From: Lama guanicoe
Lineage: Eukaryota
Length of the DNA: 64,000 nt
NCBI GenBank assembly: GCA_013239625.1
Contig: MU053652.1
Span: forward strand, 3,040,001 to 3,104,000
Direction: 5' to 3'
The position numbers and the translations under genes were made by a program. Of the stretch, positions 25,961 through 38,957 are shown one piece after another. The notes under the pieces were generated by a model. It ran no database searches. It saw nothing but the letters and a program-made list of their open reading frames with translations, and was not told where the DNA came from. The first letter of the stretch is position 1. Each line of letters opens with the position of its first letter.

Positions 25961-27564
25961 GTGGAGGGAAGGGATTGGTTTTGGCTAGGAGCATGGATAT
26001 CTGTGAAGAGGTTGAATATTCAGATCTTTTCCCCAGTAAGTTCTGCTCCATATTATTATGAACCTTTCATTACTCAATTACTAATACAAAATCTGTGATG
26101 GGACATTTGCTTCCCTGATGAATTTCCAGGTTGGACAATATAAGAAAAAAGTCCACCAAGAGTTTTGAGGTGTTAAATTCTGGGTTTCATATCATATATA
26201 CCTTTTTCCTTAGATTGTTAATATCTCATAATTTCTCTTCCCAGCACCATTTTTAAGGCTGAGTGAGGCATTTTGATCTCCTTTATAACTGGAATGACTG
26301 AGACAGATGGGGCATTTTAATCCATTTTAGTGACATCTTGGCCATTAGCTGTATTAATGTCTTTGAATAGGCAATTTTGCCTTGTTCCCCAGGAGGCCCT
26401 GAACATGTATTCATACCAGTCAGAGGACCACTGTGATTGTGTTCAGAGTCTGGCCTAACCTGTTGCAGTTCCTATGGTATAGGGGTAGTTTTGTTCTGGA
26501 ATCTTAGGAAATAGACCTATCTTCCCATCTTCCCAAATATTTGCATAGTGAATGCAGAACAGTTTTCTCAGACAACCATCATCTTAATGAGTTTTGGGTC
26601 ACAGACAATGTCACAGTGGTATTCCCCTGTGATATTTATGAGATTCTTCCCTAACCCCTCATTGTGATTATTTTAGGTCTAGGATTAAAGGATCTTGGGA
26701 TCCACTCTTTATGCTTAGGTGGAGACATAAAAGGGAATGGCAGGTCAGCCTTCCTGATATTGCCCAGAATACCAAATTCAGTTCAATGAGAGCTGAAAGT
26801 TGCACTTCTCCAGGGCTATAATAGCAATATGCACATCCAGAGGGTTCAGAGACCACCTTTTTTTTTTTTTTTAAGTCTCCATGCTAGAGTTCTTGGAGAC
26901 ACATCACACATCATCTAGCAAGGAAGCCTCAAGGAACAGAGGCCAGTCAGAATAACGGAGACTTCAGGTCCACAATGACAGTACGCTCCTCTATACTGAT
27001 TTGAGTCCTTCCTGCTTCTTGGATTGCCAACTTAAGGGAGCCCCAATGTAGAAGACCAGTGGATGACTATGTAGATAAACTGGAATAAGATGCTGGTAAC
27101 TACACAAGTTGATAAGTCACTGAATCTCCTTCTTCAAAAAAGGCACTTTCGGGGGGAAAAGTCCATGTGACAACAGACTCTTAATGCTCAGAAATCAGAA
27201 AAGGCAATGACATTTTGGAGCTTGTATATGTGCAAGTCCCCCTGTATGGGCTCTAAATGAGGACATCATTGATACAATCCTGCAGGAAAATTCTGAAGGA
27301 GAAAAGAACACCAGGAAAAAGGTCTTGCCACACCACAGAGCGGAACAAGTCAGGAAAATTCATGCAGCCATAGTCAAGTACATGCTGAGAGTGTGTCACT
27401 GAGCATCAAAAGTGAAGGTGGTGCTGATGGTTGGGGTGGACAGAGATCTAAAGGAAAGCATTGACCATATTAATGGCAGTAAATAATTGTGTTAGCTGTT
27501 ATATCTGAGCCAAGCTAAAGACCTACACAACAATCTCTATGAGCCATCAGTGGCCAATCTTTTT

Positions 27565-27935
27565 TTAAAATTTATTTTAATTAATTAATTTCTTTTTAAG
27601 CACTAGGTTAAGGCTGGGGAAGTCCATCCTTATCCCCCTTTTCGCTTGGGCTCTGACACCTAAAACCTTCCCTTGGTTCATCTGTGTAGCCCATTCCTTT
27701 CCCACCAAGAGTCCATCTGATTGCCTCCTGCCAGCTGCCTTGGTGCTTCCTCCAATGGCCGTAATGTCTTGCCTAGCCTGAGGGCTAAAGTCCTTCTGCC
27801 ATGTTAGTTTCACTGCCAGAACAAATTAAAATTTACAGAGAATCCACTGGAAAAAAAATGGAGATACTGGGGATTGAATCTGGCCCTCATGCATGCTAAG
27901 CACGTGCTCTACTGCTGAGCTATACCCTTCCCTCT
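27565..27935 (-). mobile_element. Chimeric retro-insertion: tRNA-Ala SINE head (27859-27934) plus non-SINE 3' extension and A/T-rich tail
   Basis: TSD gtggcca(a/g)tcttttt at 27550-27564 and 27936-27950, with a TT/AAAA endonuclease site on the minus strand. Confidence 0.85.
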
Positions 27936-28039
27936 GTGGCCAGTCTTTTTAAGAAGCCATATGGGAGAATGACAGAGATAAGTGGTAAGAATATGACCTC
28001 TACCAAAGGCTGTTAAACATAGCTGATAAATTTTCCTTT

Positions 28040-28510
28040 AAAACCAAAAGGTACCACATATTTGCCACATCCTTTGGGGTGCCATATGGCACATTCAATT
28101 GGGTCAATAGAGGAAAGTTTAATAAAGGCACTATCTTCAAAGGTGTGAGTAGAGGTTAAGCAAGTATGCTGCAATTAGTAATTTGAGGTGCCATTACCAT
28201 TTCCAGACTTGAAGGAACAAGGAGAGGGGCTTTCAAGCAGGTTGCCAGAACCTGAAGAAAGAGAGAGAGCTGTGTAGAGAAGGTTACTTGACAGCTGCAA
28301 TGTTTTTCAGTTAAGGGATGAAGCCAGCTTGTGGCAAGCCTGCCAGCAGGGAACCAAGAAAAAATTACTCCTCCCTCCCAAGGATCTCTTCCTACTTGCT
28401 CACCATTGGCCAAGCCCAGAGAGCAAGAGAATATTTTGATGGAGTCAGACTCGTGGGGATGAAGAAGAGCAGAGAAAAGTAGAGAGTGGATATGGAGGAA
28501 TATCAGAAGA
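28040..28510. mobile_element. Ancient LTR (MaLR/ERVL-type) remnant
   Basis: ggcacattcaattggg...aaagtttaataaaggcactat...tcaccattggccaagcccagagagcaag pattern. Confidence 0.5.
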
Positions 28511-30820
28511 TATTCAGCAAAATGTCAATAATTTTGGAGGGTTGGAAGAATAAAGCCAGTGGTCTTTTGTTCTTCTTAACTTGTTTAGGTGACAGAACAA
28601 ATATCTGTTCACTTGGAATGGCAGATCCAGACCACACATTATGGAGCTCTCTGTCTAAGTTACATTCCCCAAGAAGGGCAGTAACTATCATGTGGTTAGC
28701 ACGGCCAATGAGATCAACTTTGACAAACTTTATCTTTTAGCGATTGGTAATTTGCATCCTTTTATCCTTATTGCTAAGCAAGAGCCATACATTTCCATTT
28801 CCATTGTAAAACGTTTAGAAACATAGATAAACCAAAAAGAGAAAATAAAACTGTCTTGTAATCCCACACTCTAGTGATAATCACTGCTAATATTATCGGA
28901 TATGTTTTTTAAGTTTCTTAACTAATAATCTTATGTATATATTTGTATTTTTTAACTTTCTATTTTGACATAATTTTATGCAAAGAAGTTACAATAACAG
29001 TACACAAAATTGCCATGTACCCTTCACAATGATCGTCTAAGCATTAACCTTCCACCACATTTGCTTTAGTCATCTCCCTCTTTCTGTGTGTGTGTGTGCA
29101 CATATATCTGTGCAGAAATTCATACACACACAGAATTTTTTCCCTTGTAATCAAATTTAAAATTTAACAGAGGCAAGTTATGCCAATAACCTCTAAACCA
29201 TCAATATCCCCAAGTGTAATGGGAAATCCTCAAAATTAAATAGGAGAATGATAATGATAACAGAGTCAGAGAATTTCCATCAGATCAGAACAAACTTATG
29301 CAGAAATTGAACACCCTCAGACATCTGTGAATATTGCAACCCTGAGACAGGCTGCGGATGCTCCTGGGTGATAGATACCACGCCACGCTCCTGTTTATAG
29401 GGCTGAAACTCTCTAAACCAGGCTAGCTTGAAAAATATCGGGGGGCCATTAGAGGGCTCAGAGAGGGTCCTCAGAAAGTCACCTTTCAGCCAGATCATGG
29501 ACAGCCAGGGAAGAGATGCTCCATTTTAAAGATATTGTTGCTGGCATCCCAGCTCACTTAAAGTGTAGCAATATCATTGTGGGGAAGTCACTTCCAGGGG
29601 TCCAGTTGTAAATACTTGGTCTAGAAGATAGAGAAATTAGTCATTCCTGCCAGGACATAAACAACTTCCCCAACAGTGGAATCACTAGGGAAAAAAGAAA
29701 TTAAGGCCTTCTGTTTCCTGTCAGGTGCTGGTTTAAGCAGGATAATGTATTGGGACTTGGTTAAATAATTTTTTTCCCCAGCATAGCACATCACCTTGAG
29801 ATTTGGCATAAAATAGAGCCAGATGCTAAAATGCCTTCCCAGATTGTTTTCCAGAGTTGGGCCTGTTCCCCCGAGGTATAGTGTTGAGAATATCAGATTG
29901 TCCATGCTTCTAAAAGCCAAACAGCCAGAAACTTAGCAACAGGGTCAAAGCACTGCACAGCAGCATTGAGCTGGATGTCAGTAGACAGGAGCCAAGAGAG
30001 TCCAACTGAGGCTTATCAAGGAACAGTGCAGGCCTATCTGATCCCAGGCTTGGCTCTTTTTTTAAAAAAGATACTGCGTTATTTTGCTTATGAACGGACA
30101 TGGATTTCAGTTAATTTAGAAGACTGTCTCTTGACCAAAAGCAGAAAGATTATTTCAACATAGTAATTCCTTGCAGAGAGGTTTTCCTGAGGATACCTGC
30201 CAATGTCCTATAAGGGAGGCTGGCAATTGGTAGTACAGGTGAATGTCTTCTTAGCCGGGGGACTGCCAAGGGACCTGCCCTGTGCTTTGAGATCAGGAAG
30301 GAAACGTGGAGGAAAGATGATATGGGAGAGCTAATGAGGAAAAGAGAATCCAAGACTACTCCCTCACCAAGTACTCAGTTCCTAGAAGGAATTGCATGTG
30401 GACGCCCCCCCAGCTGCCTGTGGGCCCTCGAGCTGGTTGTAGAGGGTGGATGAGACTGGGGGCTACAGTCTTCAGTGGGACAAAGATGCACATACATAAA
30501 AAGAATGTGTTGGGAGGATCCCAGTTGGAAGGTAGCCGGAGGGGGAGAGCTTGAGAGCAACTCTTCTCTCAGTGGAGCCTGATGAAACTAACACCTTGTC
30601 TGCTCTATGTGCTCATAGACAGTGAGCCAAAGAGAGACATAAGCAGTCTCTCTGTGGGCAACCCCGAAAGAGGTTTGTACCTTTGCTAGCCCTCCTCCCC
30701 ACTCCATCATCAGAGGGACATGTGCCAGGGAGAACGGGGTGCAAGCCAGACTGCCTCCCTGCACCCTAAACCACTAGAAACCAGGGTGAATAAAAGGAGA
30801 GCTTAAAATCACATATAAGA

Positions 30821-31226
30821 TTTTTTTCCTTCTATTTTTTTTTTATCGTACTACAGTCAGTTTACAATGTTGTGTCAATTTCTGGTGTACAGGATAATAT
30901 TTCAGTCATACATATGCATACATATATTTGTTTTCATATTCTTTTTCATTACAGGTTGCTACAAGATATTGACTATAGTTCCCTGTGCTATACAGATGAA
31001 ATTTGTTTTTTTATCTATCTTATTTCTAGTAGTTAGTATCTGCAAATCTCAAGCTCCTTATTCATCCCTTCCCAGCCCCTTTTCCTCCTGGTAACTGTAA
31101 GTTTGTTTCCTATGTCTGTGAGTCTGTTTCTGTTTCGTAAATAAGTTCATTTGTGTCCTTTTTTTTTTCCTTTTTAAGATTCTACATATGGGTGATATCA
31201 TATGGTATTTTTCTTTCTCTTTCTGG
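30821..31226 (-). mobile_element. Young L1 3' end with TSD
   Basis: T tail and L1 3'UTR (atagttccctgtgctatacag). TSD tcacatat(t)aaga at 30809-30820 and 31227-31239. Confidence 0.88.
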
Positions 31227-32329
31227 TCACATATTAAGATTTAAGGTGTGGCATAAACAGCAAGGAGCCCTAAGAACTGGAAATGACTGTTCTAATAGAT
31301 GAATTGCTAGGAATCGATAGGAAAGGATGTTTCAAAAGAGTAGATAATAGCAGTTGCTAGGAAAAAATTAATTTTATACTCAATAGTTGAGATTCTTCCC
31401 TAAGAAAGTTACATTAGATATCTAGATATTTATATCCTCCCTCTCTAAAGACCTCCCAGATTCCATCACATTCCTCCTCCATTTTGCCTTCTTATTAGAG
31501 CAGCACCCTTATCAAGGGTCAAATGCACATCAACAAACTTCATACCCTCCCTTTTAATCTGTTTAACCAGTGGTGCGAGAAGCCGCAAAGGGTCAGGAAG
31601 GAGTCTCAACTGCTAGTTCATTGGCACCATTGTAGGACCTTTCGTATTAGGAGCTTTAAACAAGCCAAGCCCAAAGTAGTGGAGAGGGGAAATAAAATCT
31701 GTAAATGATATAAAAATTGCACTCCGGCATTTACCCTGATCAGCATATTCTGAGCCCCATCTACAATTCTGGTTTAGAACACAGGCCCCACAAGTGTCTG
31801 AGTCTTGTAAGAGCAGTTTCCCAGCTGACAGCAAAACTGAATCTTCAAAAGCCTTTCTATGTGGAGACTTCTGATGGAAGTCAAGCCAAGGGGATCCCAT
31901 GGGCATAATCGACTTTTTGCTCTATTTTAAAGAAAGAGTGCATTTCTTGGTCCAAAAAAGGTATACAAAATATTATGTTAGTGAATCAACCCTCACTCCA
32001 AAAATGATGCTAATGGGAGAGAAAGAGCAGGCGAGGAAAACAAATTCATATCCAGAGTAAGTGTTTATTTCAGTGTGGGGAAAGAGAAGTTCCATCCATG
32101 ACGGAAGGGATTTGGTGTAACTCATTCACCACCATTCACCTAAGTATGAAGGTTTAGGGGTCATTGCTGCTCACAGATTGATAACCTAAGAAGAGAAAAA
32201 AGTTCATGTTATTGAGCCTATGTATAAACTCCAAATCTGCCTCGATTTCACTTAGTGAGCCCATGAAACAAGCTCTCAGTGTGAAAGGGACCAACTGGTA
32301 TCTACCGGAGAGGTGATTTTGTTTTTTTT

Positions 32330-33270
32330 TTTAAACAGTAACAACAGTCATTTACTTTGCTCACACATGTGCCGCTTTGGCAGAACTTGGCAAAGACAAC
32401 TAATCTCTGCTCAACGTGGCATCCACTGCTGGCTTGTCAGTGGTTGGGGGATCCACTTTCAAGACGGTGCACTAACACTGCTAGCAGGTGGTTGCTGGCT
32501 ACAGGACTCTCCACAGATTTCTTGAGCTTTCTCAAAACATATGGCTGGGTTCTTCCCAAAAAACAAGATGGAAGTTCATGGAAATTTTATGACCAAGACC
32601 CAAAAGTCACATGGTTTCCTTTTCATTTTACTCACTGGTCGAGGGCCATACTGGTCCAAAGAGATAGATACAGACTCCAGTTCTTGACAGGGGAGTGGCA
32701 AGGGTCTGGCATGATCATATGGGATGAGAGGTGTCTTTGGAAAATACAACCTGCCACAGACATGAGTTCAGACATGCTATGTTAATTTACAGTTCATAAA
32801 AACGGTCATTTTATCTACCCAATAATTCAGCCTTCTCCACAGTAGGAGCCTTTTGGTGAGTAGCCGTCGGGGACATATATATTCTTATACTCTGGGCTCA
32901 TTCTGAGCTGTTCATTCATTCATCATCACTCAGGATCCCAGCAGAAACAAATGGTACATGCAAATTGAGGTATTTAAAGGCAGAGAAGAGGGTTTTTTTT
33001 TTTTCAAAGATGTAGGCAGCATGTAAGACAAAGGATAGTATAATATCCTAGTGCTGTTAACACACCTGGACCCAAAGGCAGAGGGAAAAAAGAAGACCCA
33101 GAGGGATAAAGTCACATAGAAAGGGCCACCTACAGGAAAGCTGCGACATTCTTTTGAGATAACCCAATAGGGAGAGAGTCAAGGGACTATATCATTTGAC
33201 TTCAATCTCCTTCCCTCTCACTTTCTGCTAGGGTTCTTTTTTTTACCAAACCCATCCAGAAGCCAGCGGG
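32330..33270. mobile_element. Adjacent MaLR/ERVL LTR remnants
   Basis: MLT1-like atccactttcaagacggtgcactaac...tctttggaaaatacaacctgccaca, followed by a second LTR-like segment. Confidence 0.6.
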
Positions 33271-33879
33271 TTTATCAGAGAAAGGGAGGAGGTTGACTCT
33301 AAGGGCTTTTGGTTACTGGAAAAAAAAGTAATTGCTATTTACTAAGATAGGAAGGATTGCAAGATGACTGAGTTTGGTATATATTGCTCTAGGTGGATTT
33401 TAGGAGCTCAGTTTTGAGCATGTTGTTTGACATCCAAGTGGAGCTGTGAAGGTATATGAGTCTGGATTTTAGGAGAGAAGGGGAGGTTTAAATATGCATG
33501 GACATTTGTGTACAAAGTGTACATGGTGCCCTGGAAACCAAGGAGAGGTGATCAGCTATGACAAATGCTGCTGATAGCTTAAGTAAGATTTAGACCTAAA
33601 ATTATTGTTGGAAGAAGCAATGCAGGTGACTTTGTAAGAGTAGTTTTTAGTAAAGCATGGAGATGTAAGATGGTTTGAAGTGTAATCAAGAAAAATGGGA
33701 GGAGAAATATTGAAGATAGTAAATATAGACAAACCTTTCAAGGAATTTTGCTAAAAGGGAAGGGGAGGGAAGTAGGGTCAACATAAGATTTTTAAAGACA
33801 GAAGAAATTAAAAACGTCTTTTCCAAACCTCATTGTTACCAATCCTCCAATCTTGATCAACTTAAATTTATCTCAGAAA

Positions 33880-35141
33880 CTGAAGTATGAGTCTATATAA
33901 GAAAATCTATCAACAAAATTCACAATATCAATCTTACACCACTAGGCAGCAAACCGTTTTATTTTTGATAAATACCTATTTATGATGAATCAAACCTTTA
34001 ATAAAACTAAGAATAAAAGGAAATTCTTCACGCTAGTAAAATTTATGTGTCAAAACCCAATAGAAACATATTTAATGGAGACGCTTTAGACCAGGAACAA
34101 GATTAAGATGCCCCCATCTCTTCTATTGCTTATACTCAAGATCCTGGCCAACTTTACAAAGAAAGAAAAAGATGTAAGTGGCTGAAAAACGGCCATTATC
34201 TGCAGATGAATATGATCATTGATCTAGAAAAACCAACAGAATCAAAGAACCATTAGAATGAATTTCTCTACAACAAAAATAACCAACTAGAAAATGTGAC
34301 AAAAGTAAAACATTATTCACAGTAGCAACAAAAACTATGAAGTAACTAGGATTAAATTTAATCCAATACATGTAAGACTCCTATGAAGTAAACTTTAAAA
34401 CTCTACTGAAGGATATATAAAGAAAATCTAAATAAATGGAATTTTATCTTCATAAAGGGTTGACTTGATAGTATAATAACTTATTTTTGAAAAAGATACT
34501 AATAGAGGATATAAAGAGGACCTAAATAGGTAAAATTTCATGCTTTGGGATGGTGCAACTTTATATTATAACAATATTTCTCTGTATACAAACTGCTTGA
34601 TGTATAAGGGTTTTACTTTGGAACGATGTTTTAGAACTAAACAGAGGTGGTGGTTGCACAACATTATCAATTAACTACATGTCACTGAATTATTCACTTT
34701 AAGGATTTTATTTTTTATTTTTATTTTTTATTGAAGTATAGTCAATTTACAATGTATTAATTTCTGTTGTATAGCATAGTGATTCAGGTGTGTGTATGTA
34801 TATGTGTGTGTGTGTATATATATATATATATGCCTTTTCATATTCTTTTTCATTATATGCTATTACAAGTTATTGAATATGGTTCCCTATGCTGTACAGT
34901 AGGACCTTTTGTTTATCGAATTGTTCACTTTAAAATGGTTAATGAAAGTCTTAGTGGAAATACTTTTTTTAAAAAAGCTTTCTATCCAGGGAAAAATTAA
35001 TAGATAATATAATTAAAGAAGATTACTTTTACTCTTTAAAATTGACAATGGATTGATATCTAGAATACACACAGAAATATTGCAAATGGACAAGAGAAAG
35101 ACAGCAACCTCAATAAAACAATGGGTAAAGGATTTAAGCCA

Positions 35142-35201
<60 letters not shown>

Positions 35202-35370
35202 CCAGTATTTGTAAAAAAAAAAAAAAAAAAGCCAACAGCTGATAAAGATATGAAGAAATGTGCTCATTAATAATCAGAGAAATGCAAATTAAAAGAACAG
35301 TGAGATATTAACTTACATCTATTAGATAGAAAAAATTAGCAATTTGAATGATACTAAGAGTATGTGTAGA
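33880..35370 (+). mobile_element. Old L1 fragments with nested younger insertions
   Basis: ORF2-like motifs (ccattatctgcagatga; taatcagagaaatgcaaattaaaa). Confidence 0.7.
34703..34917 (-). mobile_element. L1 3' end nested in an older L1 3' end
   Basis: tttttattgaagtatagtcaatttacaatg terminus. TSD gaatt(a/g)ttcactttaa at 34687-34702 and 34918-34933. Confidence 0.85.
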
Positions 35371-35599
35371 AATACTTCTTAGATCATGTTCACCAGAAGT
35401 AGATCTTGAGATATGAATTCATTTGGGAGTGACTTATTAAGGAAGCCATCCCAGGATAAACTGGTAAGGGAGTGGGGGATACAGGACAAGAAAATGAAAG
35501 AAACTGGACAAGGATATATTTCAGATAGAGTACTAGCCTACTGAGGGAATTCTGGAGAGGAAATTACACCTCAGTCTGAACCATTTTAAGGCAAAAATT

Positions 35600-35730
35600 G
35601 GGGGGAGGGATGTATAGCTCAGTGGTAGAGTGCATACTTAGCATGCACAAGGTCCTGGGTTCAATCCCCAGTACCTCCATTAAAAAAAAAAAGAAAGAAA
35701 AAAAGTTTTTAATGAAATGAAACAAAACAA
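35600..35730 (+). mobile_element. tRNA-Ala(AGC)-derived SINE (camelid vic-1 type)
   Basis: GTATAGCTCAGTGGTAGAGTGCATACTTAGCATGCACAAGGTCCTGGGTTCAATCCCCAGTACCTCCA with A and B boxes and CpG decay. A-rich tail and TSD-like aaggcaaa(a/g)at at ~35588 and 35731. Confidence 0.9.
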
Positions 35731-35832
35731 AAGGCAAAGATGTTGGGCTGTAATACTTAGTAGTTTACCCACAGGATGCCCTGGAGCACTTGTCTATTCT
35801 CTGGGCTAAGTGGTTCCAACAGACCTCCTCTA

Positions 35833-36340
35833 TGACTGGATAAAGAAGTTGTGGTATATTTGTACAATGGAACACTACTCAGCGATAAAAAAGAATAAAA
35901 TAATGCCATTTGCAGCAACATGGATGGATCTGGAGATCGTTATTCTAAGTGAAGTAAGCCAGAAAGGGGAAGAAAAATACCATATCATATCATTCATATG
36001 TGGAATCTAAAAAAAAAAAAAAAGAGGACACTAATGAACTCATCTGCAAAGAAACAGACTCGCAGACATAGTAAACAATCTTATGAATTCCAGGGAAAGG
36101 GAATGGGAAGGGATAAATTTGGGAGTTTGAGATTTGCAAATTTTAACCACTATATATAAAAATAGATACAGAATAAATTTCTTCTATATAGCACAGGGAA
36201 CTATATTCAATACCTTGTAATAACCTTTAATGAGAAAGAATATGAAAACAAATATATGTGTATATATGCATGACAGGGATATTATGCTGTACACCAGAAA
36301 CTGACACATTGTAACTGACGATACTTCAATTAAAAAATAT
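35833..36340 (+). mobile_element. Young L1 3' end
   Basis: DWIKKLWYICTMEHYSAIKKNKIMPFAATWMDLE plus 3'UTR ending tacttcaattaaaaaa. Confidence 0.9.
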
Positions 36341-36694
36341 TTTTTAATCAAAGAGGACTTTAGAACTGGCCAGAAGCAAATCACACAGAATCTGTGAGAT
36401 GAGCTGAGACAGAAAAAGGGATCTGTGAGTTTCTGGGCACATTGAGAAATAGTGTCTGCAACAAGATGTGTGAATACGGGCTGCTCCAGGACTACTGGTA
36501 AAAAATAGACTGCAGAAGGCTTTGTGGAGAGCAATCTAGCAATTCTTTGACAAATTATATTAGCCAGATATTGTGTATCATATGACCCAGCATGTTTATT
36601 TTTGGATATATATCCCAAGGAAATTATAATTATAAAATTATAATTTTAATATAAATATAAGGGGTCCATAAGGAGAATAATTACTTGGACACGT

Positions 36695-37180
36695 CCACAA
36701 GGACATGGCTTTTTTCCCAAAGCCCTCGAAGTCACTAATGTGATCCTATCTATTACCAAGGTTTCACACAGGCTCCTTTCGTCATCTTGACCTTTTAAAA
36801 TCCTCAGATCTACTGAATCATAAGAGCCAACTGACAGAACTGTTTGTATGCAGCCTGAACCAACTAAAGAAACTTTTCTTGCTTTGGGCTTGACTCAAAT
36901 TTAGCAGTTTTTCAAGAGTCGCCTCCTGAATTTGTCAGTGCAACAGATCCAAATGTGTCATTTGTTGCTTCCAATTATTGTGGCTTTTTCTTAGTGTAAG
37001 GCGGGTCAGTCTTTTACTCGGGAGGAGATATCCTCATATACCCCCCAAACTGGAAGAAGACCCATTGATATAAAAGCCCTCATATTTCCCACTTCCTAGG
37101 ATACATATGTTTTACCAAGGCTTTTAGAATACTTCCTGGACAAGTATAGTTTTCTTTGGGATGGTAAAAGGATCAATGTC
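36695..37180 (-). mobile_element. Degenerate ERVL pol (RT-RNaseH linker) fragment
   Basis: Collinear minus-strand peptides DISSRVKD, KQEKFL*LVQAA, GSYDSVDL and GFGKKAMS resemble recalled ERVL pol motifs DIPSKVKD, EQEKALQQVQAA, GPYDPADP and GFWSKAMP. Confidence 0.72.
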
Positions 37181-37184
37181 CTTA

Positions 37185-37730
37185 TATCAGCCAGAGTCCA
37201 GTCAGAACAGTAGAAACTATGCTCAATACTTCAAATGAAAGGCATTTAATAAAGGGAACTAGTTACATAGTTATTGGAACACTGAACAAGTAAAAGAGAG
37301 ATTGGGGAAACTCAGAGATGAATATCTTTAGGAAGAAGCTAACATCCCTAGAACTAGGGGAACAGAATGGAAGATGTGATGTTTCCAGAACCTAAAAAGG
37401 ACACTTTCTGACTGCTAGTGTGTAGACTGCTGAGGGCGTGTAGCCCAGATCACTTAATGGGATGTGGCCAAATGGATAAAGGAGTATGGTGGGCTTGGCT
37501 GCTACTGGTATCTTGATGAGGCATGGTAAGGTTATTGCCGGAAATTCTTGAAGAAGCTGGAGGCTGGACCTCGAGGGTATGCAGACTCAGACTAGAAACT
37601 GGAAGAGACTCTTCCTCCTCCACTTTTCAGTTCCTGAAAGTGCCTCCAGTTGGCAGAACCCAACCAGAAGCTAGCTAGCAAGGGAATCTGGAAAATGAGG
37701 TTTGTGGAGTCTAGCCCCAGCATTATAGGT
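37185..37730. mobile_element. Ancient LTR remnant
   Basis: atcagccagagtccagtcagaacagtagaaac...atttaataaagggaactagttaca...ggcagaacccaaccagaagctagctagcaagggaatctggaaaatg. Confidence 0.6.
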
Positions 37731-38737
37731 AAATGTCTGACGTCAATACTTGCAGCAAGATGGTAAAGGTCTACTGCTGGCTCTTGGATAAAATCAAGCA
37801 GCTTCTAGTATTTTTGAAAATCATAGCCGAGATGACACAATACCTGCCTAGATTTACCAGGGCATCACTAAGCTACTGTTATAAGCTCTGTTGTGGGGGA
37901 TACTCTTGGACATCACATAAACATGGAGGTATGATGGCATAGAAGGCAAAGCAGATAGAGGCAGAGGAGATTTAAAACGAGGAAAAAGAGAGTGAGCAGA
38001 ATATTCTCCCCGTGTACTACATTCCTTTGTTTTCAGCCATTCTGTGTTTTTATATTTTAGATATGTCTAGGTAAACAGTATGCGGCTGGATTTTTAAAAT
38101 TCAACCTGCGAATGTCTGTCTCATAGGTGAGCTTAATCCCTATGTTTCCTGTGAATACTGATCTATTCAGACTTATTTCTACTAACATGTTTTGTGTGTT
38201 TTTTTCAATTTACCACATTTGTCTTTGTTTTTACTCATTTTCCTTTATTGACTTATACTGCATCAATTTTTCTTTATTCCCATCTATTCATTTGAAGATT
38301 ATAAATTTGTTTCCAGGCATCTCCTACTTAAGTTAATAATCTTTTCCTAAAAACCAGATATTCTGTATAAAAATGCTAAGCAAGAATGTGTTTCCTATCA
38401 TTTTAAATGGAAATATTATAATGAGTTATATGCCAATAAAAATCTCCCAATCAGGATCTTAAAACATAACTAAAACACCTATCTATCATTAACAAGTCAT
38501 CAGGTTATGAAGAAAAATGCTTTAAAAATGATTTCTGATTAGAAGCAATTAATATAATTGTTAAACAGTTGATTTGATGCAATAATTTGGTTTCTCATCA
38601 TCAGAAACGTCTAAAATGCATATTCCTTTGTCAATATGTGTGCTTTATAAGATCACTGCATATGATTTTGACATTCTGCTAATTGTATTTGGAATATAAA
38701 TCCAAATTATTAGTTGTACAACTTTAAAACACATATT

Positions 38738-38938
38738 TTTTATTGAAGTATAGTTGATTTACAGTGTTGTGTTAGTTTCAGGTGTACAGCAAAGTTACTC
38801 AGTTATACGTATACATTATGTATATATATTCTTTTTCAGATTCATTTCCATTATAGGTTATTAGGAGATATTGGATATAGTTCCCTGTGCTATACAGTGG
38901 GTGCGTGTTGTTTATATATTTTATATATAATAGTGTGA
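38738..38938 (-). mobile_element. L1 3' end
   Basis: ttttattgaagtatagttgatttacagtgttgtgttagtttcaggtgtacagc terminus. Confidence 0.85.
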
Positions 38939-38957
38939 ATCATGTATTTTAAAAGTT

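Larger units (their letters stand above)
35385..36465. mobile_element. MLT1-type LTR interrupted by a SINE and an L1
   Basis: ccagaagtagatcttgagatatgaattc at the start and agtgtctgcaaca at the end. Confidence 0.55.

Noticed and set aside
35607..35679. Functional tRNA-Ala(AGC) gene
   Set aside because: CpG-decay substitutions in the stems, an A-rich tail and TSDs indicate a SINE, not a tRNA gene.
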